From contig CAJINV010000001.1 of the NCBI GenBank assembly GCA_905178155.1, positions 7,199,794 to 7,263,793 of the forward strand: DNA of 64,000 nucleotides, in the 5' to 3' direction. The stretch comes from Amoebophrya sp. A120 (lineage: Eukaryota; Protista; Dinoflagellata). Shown piece by piece: positions 57,868-64,000 of the stretch (its first letter is position 1; each line of letters opens with the position of its first letter). The notes below the pieces were generated by a model. The model saw only the letters and a list, made by a program, of their open reading frames with translations. It was not told the origin of the DNA and made no database searches. A program made the position numbers and the translations under genes.

Positions 57868-60800
57868 TTAAATTTGATATGGACCACCATTGTCCTCCAT
57901 TGTGTAACTCCGCCTCGTGCTGGTGGTGTATCTTCTCGACTTCCCGATTGCGTGCACTTCGAACCCGATTTCCGCTAGCTGTGTGTGGTTCAGCAAATTT
58001 CTGCCGTCAAAAACAAAGGCCGGCTTCTGCATTTTTTCGTAAAGTTCGGCGTAGTTGTACGTCTGAAACTCGTCCCACTCTGTCAGAATCACGATGGCAT
58101 GCGCGCCGTCGCACGCCTCCTGATAACTCCCGCACAATTTGAACCGGCTCTCCGAAACCTCCACGTCATGGAGCTTGAACTCCAACAGTGCGTCTGATCA
58201 TGTGTGTTTTATTTCGTGGGATTGAAGGGTATAGCAGTGGCGCGTCATCTTCTACTTCAGACGCAAATGCGTGTGATTCGCTTTAAGAGGAGTTGCAGTT
58301 GCAGAGCAGGGTCCCTACTACAGCTTTATGGCGCTTCTAGTCTTGTATCGTCGGCAGAAACTATGTGCACAGATTGACAAGTATGTATACCTTTGATTTC
58401 GACCTTGGGGTCGTACACGTGGCAGATGGCACCGTCTTCCATCAGGAGCTCGCACACACGAATCGCGGGCGTCTCCCGCACGTCCCCCGTGTCTTTTTTG
58501 AAGGCGAAGCCGAAAATGGCGATCTTTTTTCCGTTCACCGTGTTGAACATGCTCTCAATCATGTTGTGCGTGAACGCGTCTTTTTGTCGGTCGTTCATGA
58601 TCACCTGGTTGTGGCGGATAAGTTTGTAGAAAAGCAGGGAGTGTGCAACATTTGACGCGAACAAAACACTCTTCGCGTCTGTTTTTCCTCTCAGAACGCG
58701 GCGGCCGAACAAGAAAAAAAACATCCTCTAGTTGCACACCAAACGCAGATTCTGTACCACTTGCTCCCAATAGTCCGCCACGTCCTTGAGGCCAAACTGG
58801 TGACAGAGGTACACGAGGTTCAGGATGTCTTTCTGGAAACAGCTCCCACCAAAACCGATACTCGCTTTCAAAAACTTCGGCCCTATCCGGCTGTCCATGC
58901 CGATGGCGTTTGCAACCTGGTGCGAGAAACCAGCGAAAATTAAAATTTCTGAGCAGCTGAAAAAATGATAAGAAATCTAAATCTTACAGAGGAACGCATC
59001 TACTCAAAAATCTATTATTTTACGTTGCAAATACTCATGCAGCTGCTAGGCATAGCCACAGGGACAAAACAGTTGTACTTACCTCCGTGACATCTGCCCC
59101 GGTTTTTACACACAGCTGGGAGATTGCATTGATGCTACTCACGCGCTGCGCCAGGAAGGCGTTCGCCTATCCTGAGTAAAAACGTACCCACACCAGAGTC
59201 AGGATGGGGAATCTGCTAGACAAATCAGCCAGCTTTGGTTGTTTGGCATGACAAGTTTGTCCGCGTAGTGTAGTGCTGTTTGAGCTAGTTTAGCAGCATT
59301 ACAGATCTAGTATCTCGTGCTGATTGGAGCATGACAAATTTCAAAACCGCATTAGAAAACGCTTCTCATGGGGCTCCGCATGAGAAACATTTTAAGCATG
59401 CAGAGTTGCATGACAACTATGGTGTGGGTACGTTTTTACTCAGGATATCGCCACCAGCTTACTCAGTTCCGACGACCAGAGGTTCGTCGTGAGGATCTTG
59501 TCTATCAAATGCAAAAATGTCTGGGTCTGGAAAAATTGGAATCTGTAATGCGTGTCTTCCACTCCTGTAAAATCTGTATTGCGTAGCCGACAACAGCGCG
59601 AATTCTTTGTCATGCAGAAACGCAGTTTCTCATGCGCATTACACATGAGAAGGCGTCCTGAAAATTTGTCATGCTTGACTGCACTCAGCAGTATGCTCAA
59701 TCATCGCCACTTGGCATCACAAGTTTCCAGACCCAGACACTTTTACATTTGATATTGTCCCGTGGCACCCAATTTGCGTACACATCGGCGAGCACATCCA
59801 AAGAATCAAGTCCGGGACGATTCTGCGGACCCCCGATGAGTATTCTGTCAAAAGTTTTTCGGCTTTCTACTACCGCGCTCCGACTGAAAGCGAACTGGTG
59901 GTGAAACTGCATCCACTGCTTCTGGTATGTTTTACAAACTTCTTGTGCACATGAATAAAAACTTAAACTTCCCAACTTACCTGTCTGGTGCCGTGAGGTC
60001 CTTGATTGCCGTTCCCTCCGCGAGAAACTCTGGGTTAGACAAAATAACAAACTTTGAGTTGTGCGTCCCGCTGTTCAGAACCTAAATTTTTGAAATGCGA
60101 TGAAATCGTTTTATACTTTGATCATCCAGCGGCACACGAGCTTCAAATTAAAACCACTTTTAGCAGTCGGCCAGCCGCCCTCAACCTTATGGTCGATTCG
60201 AACGCCGATGAAAGAATTAGAATAGTGAGAGAGTAGATTTGAGAATACGGTGTCGGTGTGATGGATTAAAGTGAAGTAAGTACCCTGTCCAATGCAGCTG
60301 CGGTCTTGACTGGCACGGTGGACTTTTCTACCACGATTTTCTCCTTTGTGGCTACCTTTGCAATCGTGCGCCCTACCAATTCCCAGTATTTCAAATCGGC
60401 TGCTCTACCGGCACCGAGACCCTGAAGGAAGGTGGAGGGACGATAAATTCATGCAGATGCAGATGCATGCGCTTTGCAGCACTCAGTGGCGAGAACACTT
60501 TTTCTGAGCACCAATACCAAGCGACAGCACATCCTACCAAGAAAAACGAAGACAAACTGTACGGATTTTTTTGTTGGTGTGTTCACGGAGACGAAGATGA
60601 TGTCGCATTCTTTTATCGCCTTTTCCACCTCGGTTGAAAAAAACAGGTTCTTGCCCCTCGTTTGCTCCACCACCTCCTGCAGCCCCGGCTCATAGATAGG
60701 AAGTTCGGGTGAATTCCACTTGGCTATTCGCGCCTCCGCAATGTCCACGACGTGCACTTGTATGTGAGGACAATGCTTCGCGATCATCGCCATCGTCGGC

Positions 60801-61165
60801 CCCCCGACGTAGCCGGCTCCAACGCAACATATCTTCGTCTTGTTGATCGACTTTATGAAGTTTTCGTCGTTCGTCGGCGTCGACTATCAAATGCAAGAAT
60901 GTCTGGGTCTGGGAGGATTGAACTTGTGATGCTAACTTCGGAATCTAAGAAGCTCTGTATTGCATGACAAGCAAGAGGAGTCTAGATTGTGCTACGCGGG
61001 GAGGGCGTTTGTCATGCGGAGTAGGCATTAGGAAGCCCTTTAAAAATCTGTGATGCAGATGCTAGGGCGTGCATTATAGCCGTCCTGGGTCATGCAAAAC
61101 ATGCACCACAAGTCTCAGAGTCAGAATCTTCCAGACCCAGACACTTTTACATTTGATATCGACAT
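57868..61165 (-). CDS. UGDH: UDP-glucose 6-dehydrogenase, multi-exon
   Basis: [94 protein letters not shown] at 61165-61163. Three of its introns are TIR elements. Confidence 0.95.
59168..59447. mobile_element. Introner-like TIR element, family D (280 bp), in UGDH
   Basis: Perfect 28-bp TIRs TATCCTGAGTAAAAACGTACCCACACCA ... TGGTGTGGGTACGTTTTTACTCAGGATA. TSD TCGCC at 59163-59167 and 59448-59452. Removal restores [12 protein letters not shown]. Confidence 0.95.
59503..59754. mobile_element. Introner-like TIR element, family A (252 bp), in UGDH
   Basis: TIRs TATCAAATGCAAAAATGTCTGGGTCTGGAAA ... TTTCCAGACCCAGACACTTTTACATTTGATA. TSD TTGTC at 59498-59502 and 59755-59759. Removal restores WVPRDKILTTN. 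Confidence 0.95.
60885..61158. mobile_element. Introner-like TIR element, family A (274 bp), just after the UGDH start codon
   Basis: TIRs TATCAAATGCAAGAATGTCTGGGTCTGG ... CCAGACCCAGACACTTTTACATTTGATA. TSD TCGAC at 60880-60884 and 61159-61163. Removal gives [23 protein letters not shown]. Confidence 0.93.
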
Positions 61166-62320
61166 TGGCTCGAAGTTTGATGCGCGGATGTTGAAACAAT
61201 TCGGCATGGAGGTGCGTCAAAAACGAAAAATCCACGATATAAATCCGTAGTGTCTGCTTTCTGCTCAAGACAACACGGCACCGTGCCAGCTGACCGTGTC
61301 AGTCTATCGTGTTTTGCCTTTACTTAGGACTCGAAAAATGAATCAATAAAAATAAATCAAATTTCGTGTTGTACTAAAATTTTTTGCGCGGACGACTTCT
61401 GTGTCTGTGAAACACACCACGAATATGATCCATACGACGTTCGGGCTCGACGCCAGCACCCCAGTAACTGACAAAATAAGGGGGAAAAATCAAGGGAAAA
61501 GACGATCAAAGGAAATGAGGATCACGATCTCTTGCTCTCCGTGCAGAGCATCTAGAAATTATACCAGAAGTAGATCCAAGCAAGCACGATGCTGCAAAGT
61601 CGTCTAAAACAGCAAAAAAGAATGACCCTCGCAATGACGAAGGAAGATAGACGACGGAAACAGACACCGAGCAAGAAGACAATACTTTGCTTCAAAAAGA
61701 TCCATCTGCGTTATCAGTCTCTTCACTTGATAGATTTCGAACAGGAAAAAACTTTCGCTAGATGGCAAATTTCATCCCCACTAGCGTCCTTACCGTGTAT
61801 GTGTTGGTCCACCTTTACATTTTTGAGTTCTTGCTTGATTTTGTCGCCTGTTGTTCGTTGTTGATTCTGATCACTTCGAGTCGTTTAGTTACGAAAGTTT
61901 TTGGATTTTTTTCGTGTGCCGTTGCCGGTCAAACACAAAGCTGGTCTGCGCTGCGACTCTTCCATCTTGGTTTCATTTTGGCAGAGAAGCTAGTCGGGGG
62001 GCCCTTGTGCATGTTCGGCTCTGCGAGCCTTCGCCACGAATTTTCCCAAAAAGAAGAAATTCCTCGGTCAACGCGGAAACCAATCCACTAGCTCTCACTT
62101 CCGCCTGCTGATGCTGTGCACCACGTCACCACGCATCAGCTTCTCTTCCACCTCGCGTGTCGATTTCTCGTTTCGAGTTCTCCTGTTCGCGCTTGCACCA
62201 AATTCAAAGGACAAAACCGCCTGTAATGTCGACCTTCACGCCAATACGCAGCAGGAGCCGGCGCAAGCAGGTGCACTTGTAGCAGGATTACTGTCGGGCT
62301 GCTCGTAGCGCGCAAGATTG

Positions 62321-63240
62321 CTACTTCATCCACTTGAAGTAAATGTAGAGTGTTACAAACAGCACCATGGAAATGGTGATGCCCGCATAGACGAGAATCT
62401 TGTCCTCCAGATGCCGCCTATCGATGCGGTTGACCAGACCGGTTCCGCGGCCGACAGATTCTATCACAGAAACCATGCGAGTTGCAGCGCCGGCGAGTAT
62501 CGCGTTTTGGTTCTGCAATCGGGATCGAGATTCATGGCCCTGTAGATTTGGAGCGGGAAAGGTTTTAAAACAAGGATCATCAAGAAAGCGAACATAACGC
62601 CAGATGATCCCGGAACAAGTGCTTGCTTCGAGTTAGCATCTCATACGTACTAGACGTAAAGAACTTCATCAAGAATAAATCAGTACCATTTCCAGCAGAT
62701 CATCCAGCTGCCTGTCGACGTCGCGTATTCGATTTCTTTCCGTCAGCAATTTGCTTCTGTCGTCGTTCACGCGGGCGTCGCGGCTCCCGACCAGGTTGTC
62801 CTGGTCCATTTGCTGTTGCCGAATGTCCTCAATTTTGTGCGGCTCAAGCGACGCTCGTATTGTCGACTTGTCATCGGTCAACTGGTTTAGATACCTGTCC
62901 CACTTGCCTCGCCCGCCCGGTAGGTTTTTGCCGCCCCGTTTCACTTCGGTCTCGAATACCGCATACGCATCGCCTGATTGGACATGAGAAGAAAAAAAGA
63001 TTTTCATGGTTTTTCTATACGCAACATCAACACTAAAACCTGTGTGGAGGAAATACTAGAGGCCGTGTTGATCTACAACTCAGAACAAACAAGTATACCG
63101 AATTCTTTTTCCAGTCCTTGTAGCCGCTGTCGTTTTGCAACCGGAAGTCGCTGCCCGACCTCGATACTGTCCAGCTCGGTATCGATCTCGTTCTTGCGCG
63201 TGATGCATTTTTGATACAAACTGGTCACGTCGACGGCCAT
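62321..63240 (-). CDS. GOSR2: Golgi Qb-SNARE, membrin/Bos1-like, three exons
   Basis: Helical N-terminus, SNARE coil RQLDDLLEMG...RLQNQNAILAGA, then NRIDRRHLEDKILVYAG and a C-terminal TM anchor. Confidence 0.75.
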
Positions 63241-63681
63241 GGTTGCAGGTTCAGTAATCAATCCTCCCTAAGAATTAAAATTTTCTATCCAAATCTACTT
63301 ATATTTCCGCGCAGGTGAAAAAGCATGCGAGAGACATGATCTAGAACTAGAAATCAAACATCGTACGAGGAAATAGGTCACGAACCGCGGATAGTTGTAG
63401 CTGGGCAAGAGGCGTACTACTGTGTGACAAATAGTTTAACAAAAATGAGTCTTATTCGTTGTTGAAAAATCTCTCTGAATGCAGTTGAGACCGGGCGCAG
63501 CAGCGGCTTTCTTTTGTCTGCGTTTCTTTGAGATCCATTTCTTTTTGCGTTTTCTATATTGGAGGCGGGACCGTTCGCATACACATACACTCGAAAACAT
63601 CACGGTAAACTCAAGCCGCAGCACCTCTACCAGTCCCCAGCGCAATACGTTTTGGCTATGCAGGCTGCGCAAGCAAAAAGA

Positions 63682-64000
63682 TTATCGAGCACTGCGGTTC
63701 ATCAGAAACAGGCGTAACGGTTCGAGTAAATCGCGCAGTAGGGCATCTCTTGTAGGAGAGAGCGGAATTCTCTGGATCCATTCCTTGCACCCAGCCTCAT
63801 GCTCGTCGTCCATCAGGAGCAGCAACTCTTCCGCGATTTGCAAAAGGCTCCCGTCGCGAGAGTCCGACTGCCTTGCAATCTCACTTTGCACGGCCGAGTA
63901 GGTGGCACTCAAGGCATCGACGAGCGACGCCGGCGGTAGCTGCGACAGGTTTTTCGCGGTGAGAGGATATGCTGCGACTGCAGCGATTTCCTCAACGGCT
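63682..64000 (-). CDS. 3' part of a hypothetical protein continuing beyond the window
   Basis: Open frame runs from the window edge to a stop at 63682. Helical composition, no recognised domain. Confidence 0.45.
   Translation of the reverse strand, partial: AVEEIAAVAAYPLTAKNLSQLPPASLVDALSATYSAVQSEIARQSDSRDGSLLQIAEELLLLMDDEHEAGCKEWIQRIPLSPTRDALLRDLLEPLRLFLMNRSAR

Noticed and set aside
1-64000. Dinoflagellate spliced-leader relics, tRNA/rRNA genes, CRISPR arrays
   Set aside because: Only short partial matches to the leader (e.g. near 13169, 23549, 61166) in the wrong context or strand. No RNA gene or repeat-spacer array was recognised by eye.

Overview
Eukaryotic, gene-dense window. Its architecture (one-directional gene blocks, and non-canonical introns bounded by inverted and direct repeats) best fits a syndinian dinoflagellate such as Amoebophrya; this organism call is an inference. 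All six genes I can call in 942-24570 are on +: CUE/UBA-like Q/N-rich protein, GPC1-type acyltransferase, hypothetical protein, Cys-rich GCC2/GCC3 surface protein, UBA-PTH2 and EFL1. All nine from 26901 to the end are on -: membrane protein, Fic protein, DLEC1, DNAI2, helical-repeat mitochondrial protein, membrane protein, UGDH, membrin-type SNARE and a partial gene. The main signal is a set of mobile introns. Seven 252-342 bp elements from four terminal-inverted-repeat (TIR) families all start TAT, end ATA and sit between perfect 5-bp target-site duplications (TSDs) inside coding exons. Removing the element plus one TSD copy restores the reading frame in every case, although none gives a GT-AG pair. 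They occur in both orientations relative to transcription and share an internal TGT(C/G)ATGC motif. Two decayed copies lie in GPC1, and a 2.37-kb intergenic TIR element with a 5-bp TSD carries the related TGTGATAC motif. The point where the two gene blocks converge is an AT-rich island with no GpC dinucleotide for about 925 bp although CpG is retained, suggesting a local GpC-directed mutation or modification process. All counts and alignments were done by eye.
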